64,000 nt of DNA from a virus. A model generated the notes under the pieces. That model was not told the origin of the DNA and searched no databases. It saw only the letters and a list, made by a program, of their open reading frames with translations. The stretch is taken from positions 1-64,000 of IMG/VR virus record IMGVR_UViG_3300025030_000067; one strand, given 5' to 3'. Shown piece by piece: positions 55,862-64,000 of this stretch. Both the position numbers and the translations under genes were made by a program. Every line of letters begins with the position of its first letter. The first letter of the stretch is position 1.

Positions 55862-56602
55862 CTACGGAATCGTTATTTTGTGCTTGCCAAATACCGGGTT
55901 GATCTTAATCGCGCACCATGCGATTGCGTATAGCAGCTTCGATGTAATCCACCAGCAGCGGTCAGTAGTGTCGTTCAAGTTGATTGCCCATTGTTGGTAT
56001 TCTTCCCGATTGACGATGCCGTTGTATCCGCCGCCATTGTTGTTTATCCCTGGGCCTTGCCAAATGAAAACGGCGTGATCGTCGGAACGGAAGTATGACC
56101 GAAACTTTCTGGCGAATGGCTGTATCTCCGGGGTGTAGACGAATGGGCTTGTGTCGTCGTATAGGCCGATGATCGGGAGTATCTTCTTGCCCTTGTACAG
56201 CACTTTGATGAAGTGCGACGATATCGCGATGTTCAGGTAATTCTTGAACTTCGTCATTTTATCCGAGTAATAGATGTCCATCATGTACCAGTCGAAGTTG
56301 GTGGAGCACTGCTGTTCTATTTCTTCGATCAGTGCGATCGCCAGCGGCTTGTTTGTTCTGGCTCTGTACCAATTGATCTTGTCGTCCTGGTCGCGTATGG
56401 AAATCTTCTGTACGTCCGGTTCGTCAAAGAGGTAGTAGGCAATGATCGTGCGGTGTTCTTTGTATTCGCTTGAGACCACTGCCATGCCGATCTTCGCCAT
56501 GAGCTCCATTTCTTCCACCGTGAAGTCGCCCAGCACGGTGTTGAAGCCCAGTCTCTTGATTTCCAGAAAATCCGCTCCGGATGATGCGTACACAATTTTC
56601 AT
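55862..56602 (-). CDS. hypothetical protein, possible glycoside-hydrolase-like barrel
   Basis: IIAYYLFDEPD and WYMMDIY motifs. Confidence 0.5.
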   Translation of the reverse strand: MKIVYASSGADFLEIKRLGFNTVLGDFTVEEMELMAKIGMAVVSSEYKEHRTIIAYYLFDEPDVQKISIRDQDDKINWYRARTNKPLAIALIEEIEQQCSTNFDWYMMDIYYSDKMTKFKNYLNIAISSHFIKVLYKGKKILPIIGLYDDTSPFVYTPEIQPFARKFRSYFRSDDHAVFIWQGPGINNNGGGYNGIVNREEYQQWAINLNDTTDRCWWITSKLLYAIAWCAIKINPVFGKHKITIP

Positions 56603-56603
56603 G

Positions 56604-56990
56604 TCACTGTTCTCCGTGGTAGAAGATTGGTATGCCGCGAGTGCTTGCGTGCTGATGCTCCATGACGCTGCCGGGGCTGTCTCTCCACCCTGGCACCATC
56701 ACTACGGCGTCGCATTTGTCGAGTAGCGGGATGCAGACCTTGCGCATCCAGTCGCCATGCTGCATGTGGGCGAACTGCGGGTCTTCATCCCAGAAGGCGG
56801 TTATTCTGTGAGGGATGATCGGGGCGAATCCAAGGTGCATCATGTGCTTGCCGACTACTTCGGCGGCGTCAATGTTGGCTTGGACTTCTTCTCTGGTGGG
56901 GGCTGTGTACTTTCCTGCGACGTAGCAAATCATTTCTTTCTCCTGGATCGTTTTTCGTTGCTGTGGAGTGCTGCGTGGGATTTGTTGCAA
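56604..56990 (-). CDS. DUF4406/DUF1937-like (nucleoside deoxyribosyltransferase fold) protein
   Basis: YVAGKYT...PH...CDAVVMVPGWRDSPGSVME. Confidence 0.75.
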   Translation of the reverse strand: MQQIPRSTPQQRKTIQEKEMICYVAGKYTAPTREEVQANIDAAEVVGKHMMHLGFAPIIPHRITAFWDEDPQFAHMQHGDWMRKVCIPLLDKCDAVVMVPGWRDSPGSVMEHQHASTRGIPIFYHGEQ

Positions 56991-57194
56991 TGTTCTCGTT
57001 TTTCCCAGTTGTGGTCCAGTTCTTGTTCTCCTTGAACCAGTTCAGTGCCGCACCATAGGCAGACCTTTTGATTGGTCACTTATCTCTCCTGATGGTTCCG
57101 GTCTTTTTTAGTTTCCGCCGTTCGTGCCGGTTGGCCGGTGCAGTCGGTGCCGGCACAACAAGCAATAGGTTGTTGAATCCTCCAAGGCACACCG

Positions 57195-57716
57195 TCAGCA
57201 TAATTTCCTCCGAATGGCACTATGTATTTTTGGGTCGTATGTTTCTCCTATTGCTTCTGCGTATTCGGTCAGAAGGAACCAGCTGCCCAGCGCCTGCCCT
57301 TCGTCTCCCGCCTGAATTATTTCTCCCGGTAAAAGGTAGTGGTGACCATCGGGTTGCAGTCTTCCTACTGAGAATTCCCTGGCCTCTTCTTGTGATTGAT
57401 GCAGATACATCTCCACCTGCTGGCCGATTGGTTTCTCTTCGTCTCTGACCATCCCGAGTATCCCGTAACCGGATATGTCCCGGTATGGCGATTCTCCGAG
57501 CGCATGTTTGTCTGTGGCAATCCGGAACAGCTTGTCGATGATCCTGGTCACTAGCTGCATATCGCCGTACTGCTCCGGCTGGACTCCGTTCGGGTAGAGG
57601 ATGCGGAGGATGTCGCCACTTTTACCGACGCTGTCGCCGTATGCCGTGTTCTTGACGTCCACTTCTTTACCGCTGGCTTGGCCGGCGTTCTCGTATTTAC
57701 CGATTTCTTTCCGCAT
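57195..57716 (-). CDS. hypothetical phage protein (DUF1599/nucleotide-modification-associated-like)
   Basis: KNTAYGDS...IDKLFRIA...ESPYRDISGYGIL. Confidence 0.6.
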   Translation of the reverse strand: MRKEIGKYENAGQASGKEVDVKNTAYGDSVGKSGDILRILYPNGVQPEQYGDMQLVTRIIDKLFRIATDKHALGESPYRDISGYGILGMVRDEEKPIGQQVEMYLHQSQEEAREFSVGRLQPDGHHYLLPGEIIQAGDEGQALGSWFLLTEYAEAIGETYDPKIHSAIRRKLC

Positions 57717-57981
57717 TGGTGACCTGCTCCTTTTTCTTTATTCTCCAGCGTCTGCCGGCCACGTTTGCCAGTTGCGGCAGCTCTGCCAGTTCCCCGTGCG
57801 GTCCAGTCACGTCATTCGCTTCTCTAGCTGCATCCCATTCCTCATATTCGCCTCTTACAGCGTCGGCTTGTTCCTGCTCTGTCAATGCTGACCATCTGCC
57901 GTGTTTTGCCCTGCCTCGGTTATATTCCTTGGCGACCTCTTGAAAAAATCCTGTCAGCGGGTGGTTGGTGATGTCGGGCAT
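57697..57981 (-). CDS. hypothetical protein, MazG-like helical pattern
   Basis: GEYEEW...AELPQLANVA (ExxE...ExxQ). Confidence 0.45.
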   Translation of the reverse strand: MPDITNHPLTGFFQEVAKEYNRGRAKHGRWSALTEQEQADAVRGEYEEWDAAREANDVTGPHGELAELPQLANVAGRRWRIKKKEQVTNAERNR

Positions 57982-58348
57982 GCGGCTTCTCCGGTACTTC
58001 TTGTTGATATTGATATTTCGATGTTGGTGCGACAGTTCGGGCAGATCACGATGGCTGCCAGCTTGGTTTCGTCGGGTCCGCAGACCACGTCCTTATGGGT
58101 GAGGTCGGCGTTGATTGCTTTGTTGCAGTTCGGGCATCCCGTGAACAGTGTCATAGTCGGTCCTTTCCGTATCTGATGCCGTTGCTCTTTTTGCATGTGA
58201 TGCGGTGGTAGTATGTTTTCCCGTTAACCTCGATCAGCACATGCTCCTTGCACTTGTCGCATTTTTCCCAACGGCGACCGGTGTTGCCTGCGGTCTTCTT
58301 GAAGTCTGGCACCTGGACTTCTTTGGGTGGCGTGGTGGCTTCTTTCAC
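57954..58348 (-). other. two small Cys-containing hypothetical genes (57954-~58153, 58151-58348)
   Basis: CPNC..CPNC and CDKC..H..C zinc-ribbon patterns; overlapping start/stop codons. Confidence 0.5.
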
Positions 58349-58782
58349 TGCTTCCTCCCGTTTGCTTCGAGTAGTGCCGCCTTACACATGGCTTCTGGAA
58401 ATGTTGAGGCGACCACTCGGTATCGTTTGCTGTCAATATCTGTGGCGTGTTGTATGACGACGGTCACGTCCTCGGGAGTCACGAATATATCAACATCGTT
58501 GCCATGCGACTTGATCGCTTCAAGGACTTGCCATGCCTGGCTGTTGTTGGCCGATGGTCGCCAGTCATCTACGTGCGCTGGGCACGAAGTCATGGCCTTG
58601 TTCTTTTCCTCTGCTTGGCAGTAGCAGGCGGTATTCCGAAAGTGTACTGCCCATCCCATGATCTTCTCGGCCACCAGCTTATTCAGGTCTTCGTCTGGCT
58701 CCATCTGGTTGACGTATTGTGGGTATTCGTCGGTGGTCATGGTTTCTTTGGTCTCCGATAGCTGCCAAGCCTGTCCTCGCAT
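58345..58782 (-). CDS. phage ABA-sandwich-like protein
   Basis: LNKLVAEKIMGW...WRPS.N..QAWQV...PEAMCKAAL. Confidence 0.6.
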   Translation of the reverse strand: MRGQAWQLSETKETMTTDEYPQYVNQMEPDEDLNKLVAEKIMGWAVHFRNTACYCQAEEKNKAMTSCPAHVDDWRPSANNSQAWQVLEAIKSHGNDVDIFVTPEDVTVVIQHATDIDSKRYRVVASTFPEAMCKAALLEANGRKQ

Positions 58783-59036
58783 TGGCCGATTATTGATTTC
58801 AGGGTGCGCCGGTATTCCTGGCGTCCTCGTGTTGATTCTTTGCTTCGTGCCAGCCTTATGACGATGGTGTACATCTGGTCAGTGTCCTCGATGGTTTCCA
58901 TCCCTTGGCCGTGTCGATTTGGTGCTTTTTTCATTGGTTGCCTTGTAGCGGAATGTGTCTATTTACTCGACGCTTGTATCACATTATCTGTGGTATACGC
59001 TACAGCTTTTTAGATATGCGCTACACTATAGGCTCA

Positions 59037-59102
59037 CAGGGGCTTTCGCCCCTGCTAACCCATCAGATAACCAGAGAGTCAGATTGCAGATTATCCTATA
59101 AA
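59037..59102 (-). promoter_or_regulatory. DGR IMH region and GAAA-loop hairpin of target 2
   Basis: ~55 nt identical (1 mismatch) to the region 3' of VR1; hairpin CAGGGGC-GAAA-GCCCCTG at 59037-59054. Confidence 0.8.
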
Positions 59103-60065
59103 AGCGGGACGGAAGCCGACGTAGCTGTACACGTTGGAGCGCTGATTGATCAAGCTCAAGGCAGCCAGGCCAGCATTCGAGGAGTAGCTCCAACCGCCAC
59201 CCCGGAGCGGCATGGCCTCGAAGTTTTCGGTGTTATCGGCCCATACGTGGCCTGGTATGCCGAGGCTGCCGTCGCAGGGACACAGCAGCGCCTGGTAGAT
59301 GGATGCCGGGAGGGGTTGATCTGCCTTGGCGGTGATTTCGGCGAATGGCGTGCTCAACCAGTCTCTGTCGGTGATCTTGTTGGAGATCTCAATGTCGCTC
59401 TTTCCGTTGATGACTGCACCGGTTTCCGCCCATGCTGATTCTTTGGCTGTGAATTCGTTGTTTCTCGGCATGATGATCTTGCCACTGGCCAGCTTCAGTC
59501 CGTCCACCCATTCCCAGACGTTGCCCACCAGATCGGCAATCCCGTGCATTGTGCCATCGTGGCGCCATGTATCCGGTCCTGATCCGGTCAGGGTCTTGCC
59601 GCCGTCGCCCGATGGCATGCCGGACTCTTCTTCATTCTTGTGCGACTTGCCATAATCGGTGTTGCCGTGCGCGTCTCCGTATCCGTTTTTTGCCATCCAG
59701 AGTGCGACTGCTGCCCACTCCCAGTTGGTGAGCATGTGGAAGCCTGGGCCAGCGGCTATGCAGGCCGCTCGTGCGTTGTCGAAGTTGATGCCGGTTTTAG
59801 GGGTCTGGTAGGGGAGTGAGATCGCTTGGCCGTTGCTGATGATGGCCTGGTAGGTGCCGATGTGGATCTCGCTCTTTTCGACGCCGTTGACGATGAAGGC
59901 CGGGTGCAGTCCAGTTCCCATGCTTTCGCTGATGTCCTCGCACTTGAACGCTGGTATCACGTTGAAGTATGACGGGTAGCCCTTGGTGGTCCGCCTGACG
60001 GTTTGCTTGCCCTCTGATGCTCTTTCTACCTGTTCCCTCAGTGAATCCTTGATGATGATGTTCAT
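59091..60065 (-). CDS. DGR target protein 2 (remote paralog of 8243-9307)
   Basis: Same motifs (GLHPAFIVNGVEK, HMLTNWEWAA, DLVGNVWEW, RGG.W...GFRPAFIG); AGGAGG RBS; VR2 at the C-terminus. Confidence 0.9.
   Translation of the reverse strand: MNIIIKDSLREQVERASEGKQTVRRTTKGYPSYFNVIPAFKCEDISESMGTGLHPAFIVNGVEKSEIHIGTYQAIISNGQAISLPYQTPKTGINFDNARAACIAAGPGFHMLTNWEWAAVALWMAKNGYGDAHGNTDYGKSHKNEEESGMPSGDGGKTLTGSGPDTWRHDGTMHGIADLVGNVWEWVDGLKLASGKIIMPRNNEFTAKESAWAETGAVINGKSDIEISNKITDRDWLSTPFAEITAKADQPLPASIYQALLCPCDGSLGIPGHVWADNTENFEAMPLRGGGWSYSSNAGLAALSLINQRSNVYSYVGFRPAFIG
59103..59212 (-). repeat. DGR variable repeat VR2
   Basis: 11 mismatches to TR over 110 bp, all at TR adenines. Confidence 0.95.
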
Positions 60066-60128
60066 GTAAACCTCCTTTTAGTGGTGTTGCTTGGTATAAG
60101 CCTGGTGGCTAAAATGATGCTGGACGCT

Positions 60129-60455
60129 CTATCTGCCTTGCAGCCGTCTCAGGGCGCTTACCAGCATCGCTTGTTCTGCCTGCATATTCTTTTCGGGAAA
60201 ATGGAACTCCTGTTGGCTGCTCCAGATGTTGCCTTTCGGTCCGATCTGCTGTCTCGGCTTCCCGTTTTCCATTATCCAGATCAATCCCCATTTTTCCGGC
60301 AGGTCTTTTGCCGTGATGATTCCAGCGGGGCAGAGGTAGAATCGGTATGTTCCCATTCCCATCCATGGGTTGCGGCGGAACAGTTTTTTTGCGTCGGCCA
60401 GAAAGTCGGAACGGCTTGTCTTGCATTCGATCAGGGTGGAGGTGCCATCGACAAA
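60129..60455 (-). pseudogene. 5'-truncated MmcB-like PD-(D/E)xK protein remnant
   Basis: Frame reads *FVDGTSTLIECKTSRSDFLADAKKLFR...GMGTYRFYLCP...LPEKWGL; there is an in-frame stop just upstream and no start before the IECK motif. Confidence 0.5.
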
Positions 60456-60772
60456 TCAATTGGCTTGTACCATCCGTCTATTTGCAGTGTGACCGCTACT
60501 CGGCCAAGCGGTTTGTGTTCCGGACCACCAACTCTCCTTGCATTGAGCCCTTTACAGAGGTGGTCTACCAGGGCGGCATTGCCTACTGCACCGTCTGTCC
60601 ATGGTGCGGCAATCAGATCAAAGTCCCGCTTGAGCGAACCATGGACTCCTACGGCGTACCCGACTTCTCGCGCCAGCTTCCAGATAAGTCGAATGTCCGG
60701 CAGCTTTGGGTCTTCCCATCCAGGCGCTGGTTTATCATGCTGTGGTGGTGCTACTAAATCCGGCCATGCCAT
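60431..60772 (-). CDS. hypothetical protein, nucleotidyltransferase-like motif
   Basis: GYAVGVHGSLKRDFDLIAAPW (GS...DxD). Confidence 0.6.
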   Translation of the reverse strand: MAWPDLVAPPQHDKPAPGWEDPKLPDIRLIWKLAREVGYAVGVHGSLKRDFDLIAAPWTDGAVGNAALVDHLCKGLNARRVGGPEHKPLGRVAVTLQIDGWYKPIDLSMAPPP

Positions 60773-60785
60773 TGTCCTGCCTCCG

Positions 60786-60992
60786 TTATCCGATGCTGTA
60801 CCCGTCCGGCACAGCCGTTGTTCGGGTTTCGATGTTGTCGTATTCCTCTACTTCCCATGAGGCCAAGTTGAGGTCTACGTTGCAGGTGATGTTTTCCTCG
60901 CTACTCAGTAGCTCTTCGACTTCATCGTCTGGCACGTCAATGTGCTGCCGGAACGTGATTGTCATCTTCCCGGTGATGTGGATCCGCTTCAT
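60786..60992 (-). CDS. small acidic hypothetical protein
   Basis: 68 aa; ATGA overlap. Confidence 0.55.
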   Translation of the reverse strand: MKRIHITGKMTITFRQHIDVPDDEVEELLSSEENITCNVDLNLASWEVEEYDNIETRTTAVPDGYSIG

Positions 60993-62323
60993 GGTTGCTC
61001 CGGGTCATACTCACTGGGCTCGCCCTTCGCCAGCTTGACTAGTTCGACGATCTGCTTTTCAATATTTGCGTCCGCTAGAGTGGATCCGTCCAGGCTGCCG
61101 TCGTATGGCGGTTCTTGTGTTGGGAAGTACAGTATGGCTTCCCCGTATCCATTTTCCATGTGGATGTGTATCTGGTAGTTTTCCGGCAGCTCGCCGCAGA
61201 CCAGCTGTGTCATGCCGTGGATGGTCATTCCGAGTGGGACTATCTCGATCGGCATCTGTGTGTTCATTGCGGCCTTTAGTCGGACCATGTCTTCCTCGCT
61301 GAGTTCGACTGGCGATACCACGAAGAGGGGGCTGCTGCGCTCTTTGATGTACTGTTCGAGTGCCCTGATCTTGTCCAGATGCTTTTTGCTGATCTCGAAT
61401 TCTTTTTCGAATAGATCTCTGTAATAATTCGCGGAATCGTTGCCCCAATCCGTCGATCGGTTCCAGCGGATTGTCTTTTCCGCAGTTTCGCACCTCAGTT
61501 CGTACTTTTGAATGTTCGTTTCCAGCTCCGCGATGCGGTCCATTTGCCGGTCGATCACCACCGCTGCTTCTTTGAGCTGTGTGTGGGCGCCTTGTACCGC
61601 TTGCGCTTGCACCGCGACCACGTTGGCCTGCTCTGCGATGCGATGCACCAGTATTTCGGAGTCGATCAGCCTTGACACCTCTTCCGGCGTGTACTGGCTG
61701 TTGTTGTCTCGTATCCGGGCGAACATCACGTCGTGCTCGATCTGTAGGTTCTCGTTTTCCGACTCCAGGTCTTCGACGCTTTCCTGCAACTTGTCGTACT
61801 TGTCTGTTACGCACTTGATGATGTCGATGTCTGCTGGATCTGTTGGCGTGTTGTATGCGCCGACGTGGTCCCTTATCGACATGATCATGCCATGCATTCG
61901 CTTATTGGCGTCTTCCAGCTCGGCCATGCGTGCTACTCTCTCCCTACTCCGCGCTGCCCCATTACGAGCCTCGCCTGGCGTTACTCCGAGATCATCCAGG
62001 GCTCTTTTGAAATCGTCACGTTCGGACTCCAGTTCGGTGACCCGTGTCCGCAGCTTCTGGCGTTCCATGGCGGTACAGTTGCAGCCGGCGTGGCCTGCTC
62101 CGTTCAGGAGGTTGCAGTCGCCGTCATGATCGACTGTGGTGCTTTCCAGTAGGATGCTGGCTGGCATGCTCTTTGCCCAATCGAGCGCGGCTTTATGCAG
62201 CTGTTCTTCGCGTTGCAGGTGCGACATTATGGACTCGTGATGCTGGCGTCTGGTTAACAGTCCTCCGCCTTGGCTGTTTGCTGCGTCTTCCAGTAAGGAT
62301 ATTGCTGCTTCTCTCGGCGTCAT
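60989..62323 (-). CDS. coiled-coil hypothetical protein (ead/Ea22-like mosaic)
   Basis: Repeated R(V/I/M)(T/A)ELE coiled-coil motifs; GGAGG RBS. Confidence 0.65.
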   Translation of the reverse strand: MTPREAAISLLEDAANSQGGGLLTRRQHHESIMSHLQREEQLHKAALDWAKSMPASILLESTTVDHDGDCNLLNGAGHAGCNCTAMERQKLRTRVTELESERDDFKRALDDLGVTPGEARNGAARSRERVARMAELEDANKRMHGMIMSIRDHVGAYNTPTDPADIDIIKCVTDKYDKLQESVEDLESENENLQIEHDVMFARIRDNNSQYTPEEVSRLIDSEILVHRIAEQANVVAVQAQAVQGAHTQLKEAAVVIDRQMDRIAELETNIQKYELRCETAEKTIRWNRSTDWGNDSANYYRDLFEKEFEISKKHLDKIRALEQYIKERSSPLFVVSPVELSEEDMVRLKAAMNTQMPIEIVPLGMTIHGMTQLVCGELPENYQIHIHMENGYGEAILYFPTQEPPYDGSLDGSTLADANIEKQIVELVKLAKGEPSEYDPEQP

Positions 62324-62345
62324 GATTCCTCCTTTGAGGTTGTGG

Positions 62346-62531
62346 TTAATCTACGTCGATATTGAGTATTGCGACGTCAGCCACAACCTTGTGCTCGTGA
62401 GCGCCGACCCGTTTCCAGACTTGACAGAGTCCGTTTCTATCGTTGCATCCGATTTGCAGCGTCTTCGGCCAGGTCTTAGCCAATTCTTGCAGTGCTGTGA
62501 TGGCCTGTTTTTCCTTTAGTGTTGGCGTCAT
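62346..62531 (-). CDS. small hypothetical protein
   Basis: GGAGG RBS; 61 aa. Confidence 0.55.
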   Translation of the reverse strand: MTPTLKEKQAITALQELAKTWPKTLQIGCNDRNGLCQVWKRVGAHEHKVVADVAILNIDVD

Positions 62532-62667
62532 GATTCCTCCTTGGGTTTATTGTTGAAGTTTCTGCTTTGGTATTTGTATTCGGCTATCTCGATCATCTGC
62601 TCTTGCTTGGACATCCGCTGGAACTTCCGTGACCGCATAAGTTTGAGCAGCAGCTGATCTTTCATGG

Positions 62668-62907
62668 CTATTTTCCTCCGGTTGCAGGTGCTTCTATGTC
62701 TGCCCAGTGGCTGGGGTGACTATTTCTCATGGCTGGTTTGCCACTCAGCCTGTCCTTGTCGTGTTCCCAGTGCGGCTGCGGTTTTTTGTAGAACTCATCC
62801 TCATCCCATCTTCCAAATACCATGTTTATTCCGTTAAAAATTGGTTCTGGGTAGTAGAGCAGTATCCGTCTATCTTTTGGAGCGGTTTCTATTGGCTGCC
62901 AGTTCAT
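62668..62907 (-). CDS. DUF551-like protein
   Basis: MNWQPIETAPKD...PSHW. Confidence 0.75.
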   Translation of the reverse strand: MNWQPIETAPKDRRILLYYPEPIFNGINMVFGRWDEDEFYKKPQPHWEHDKDRLSGKPAMRNSHPSHWADIEAPATGGK

Positions 62908-62982
62908 TGTAATTCTCCTTTGTAGTGGCCTTCCCCTGCTGTAAGCCGGTCCACTACAATGACGTTGGTAGGGTTTCGGCGT

Positions 62983-63999
62983 CTATTGCGGTTCGCATTT
63001 CGCCCATCCTCTCTTTTCCGCTACGTGTTGAGCATTGTCGCTTGGTGGTACCTTAACAGTGATGCCGCACTGCTCGCAGCGGTAGTGCTCGGGGTTGGCC
63101 TGCTGCGTCCAGTCGTGGACACCTTTAGCAGTGGCCTTCTTGGCCTCTGTCGCGAAATCTCCGAACGCTATGTTTCTGCCTTCGAGCTTGATGCGAGACA
63201 GTGCCAGCTCGCAGTACAGATCGGCATGCAGGAAGTGAGGGTCGAGACCGATGTTCTCGAAGACCATCCGGAACTTGCCCTGGCTCTCGTCGATCATCTC
63301 TTTGCGCCTGGCTACCTTCTGCAGGTGTACCCAGAACATCTGCTCACACAGAAACATAGTCACCGGGCGTCCGACGTTGTCCTGTACCGTTGCCTCGATG
63401 CCGCGTTCGTGCGGCTGTTCTTTGAGGCGGTGGACATACTTCATCAGGTTCCACTCGATGCCGTGATACCGGGATATTTTCACGGTGTATTTGTTCTTGG
63501 TTTCTTCGCTACTTCTCTTTTCGCTTTGGTTGTCTTTTGGTCGGTCTCCCCAGATACAGATGTCATCGTCTCCCTTCTTGTCGTAGGAGTAGTCGGCCAG
63601 CCATACGCGACCTTTGTGGCGTTTTGCGAATCGTCGGGCTTCATTGATGTTCGGGAGTGCATCGACTACCGCAACATTGACGTCATACTGTTCCATGAGT
63701 TCGTCGCAGCGGTCCCATGGGTCGTCGGCGTAGATCACTTCGATGTGAACGAGACGCGACTTACTCAGGCCGTTGTCGGTCTTCGGACCCCAGCAGCGTA
63801 TGGTCACCACGTTAAATCCCCCCATCTGGTCAACTCCCATGGCGCAGTTGCCTGCTTTGTTCAGCCATTTGAGGTCTGCGTTGACGGTGGCTCGGAGGAT
63901 ATCTTCGTTGACTATCTGGGATTCCGGCGCAAGGTATGCAATGCCGAGCTTGCTGTTGAAAAATTCTTGCAGGTCGGATGCTTCTTGGTATGCAGTCAG
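62983..63999 (-). CDS. terL: terminase large subunit, C-terminal nuclease part (GpA-like; partial)
   Basis: Frame is open to the window edge: ...LQEFFNSKLGIAY...MGVDQMG...VVDALP...DPHFLHADLY. Confidence 0.85.
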   Translation of the reverse strand: MTAYQEASDLQEFFNSKLGIAYLAPESQIVNEDILRATVNADLKWLNKAGNCAMGVDQMGGFNVVTIRCWGPKTDNGLSKSRLVHIEVIYADDPWDRCDELMEQYDVNVAVVDALPNINEARRFAKRHKGRVWLADYSYDKKGDDDICIWGDRPKDNQSEKRSSEETKNKYTVKISRYHGIEWNLMKYVHRLKEQPHERGIEATVQDNVGRPVTMFLCEQMFWVHLQKVARRKEMIDESQGKFRMVFENIGLDPHFLHADLYCELALSRIKLEGRNIAFGDFATEAKKATAKGVHDWTQQANPEHYRCEQCGITVKVPPSDNAQHVAEKRGWAKCEPQ

Positions 64000-64000
64000 T

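Noticed and set aside
1-64000. Self-targets of the TIGR-like spacers; tRNA genes; integrase/att sites
   Set aside because: None recognised by eye. An exhaustive 9+9-nt search and a tRNA scan were not possible, so absence is not established.

Overview
The window is a 64-kb segment of a large contractile-tailed (myovirus-type) phage or prophage. It has no host housekeeping genes, integrase, tRNA or rRNA. A mostly minus-strand late region runs from the terminase large subunit (cut by the right edge) through ~9 kb of accessory genes to the portal, head morphogenesis and internal-head proteins, prohead protease, scaffold, SPO1/Twort-like major capsid protein, neck, sheath, tube, chaperones, tape measure, baseplate, tail fibre and lysis genes. 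Plus-strand islands interrupt it: SMC/ASCH at the left, an antirepressor island at 17.6-21.9 kb and a methyltransferase island at 42.7-47.1 kb. Highlights: (1) a TIGR-Tas-like RNA-guided locus, with a nuclease-less Nop/IS110-related gene (54391-55398) flanked by 11 + 3 strict 36-bp dual-repeat/dual-spacer units; (2) a complete diversity-generating retroelement (RT, Avd, TR) with two paralogous targets, one 51 kb away, both differing from TR only at adenines; (3) a putative protease-tagged capsid cargo system, with LxK(S/A) motifs punctuating head proteins and a 1504-aa polyprotein carrying sigma-like, HAD and ParB-like domains; (4) a free-standing copy of the portal clip region and a second copy of the sigma-like domain in the antirepressor island; (5) a 13-bp box present 16 times with an orientation rule; (6) a candidate ~360-nt structured ncRNA; (7) a candidate +1 frameshift in the tail chaperone. 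All assignments come from motif recognition and alignment by eye; no database searches were run.
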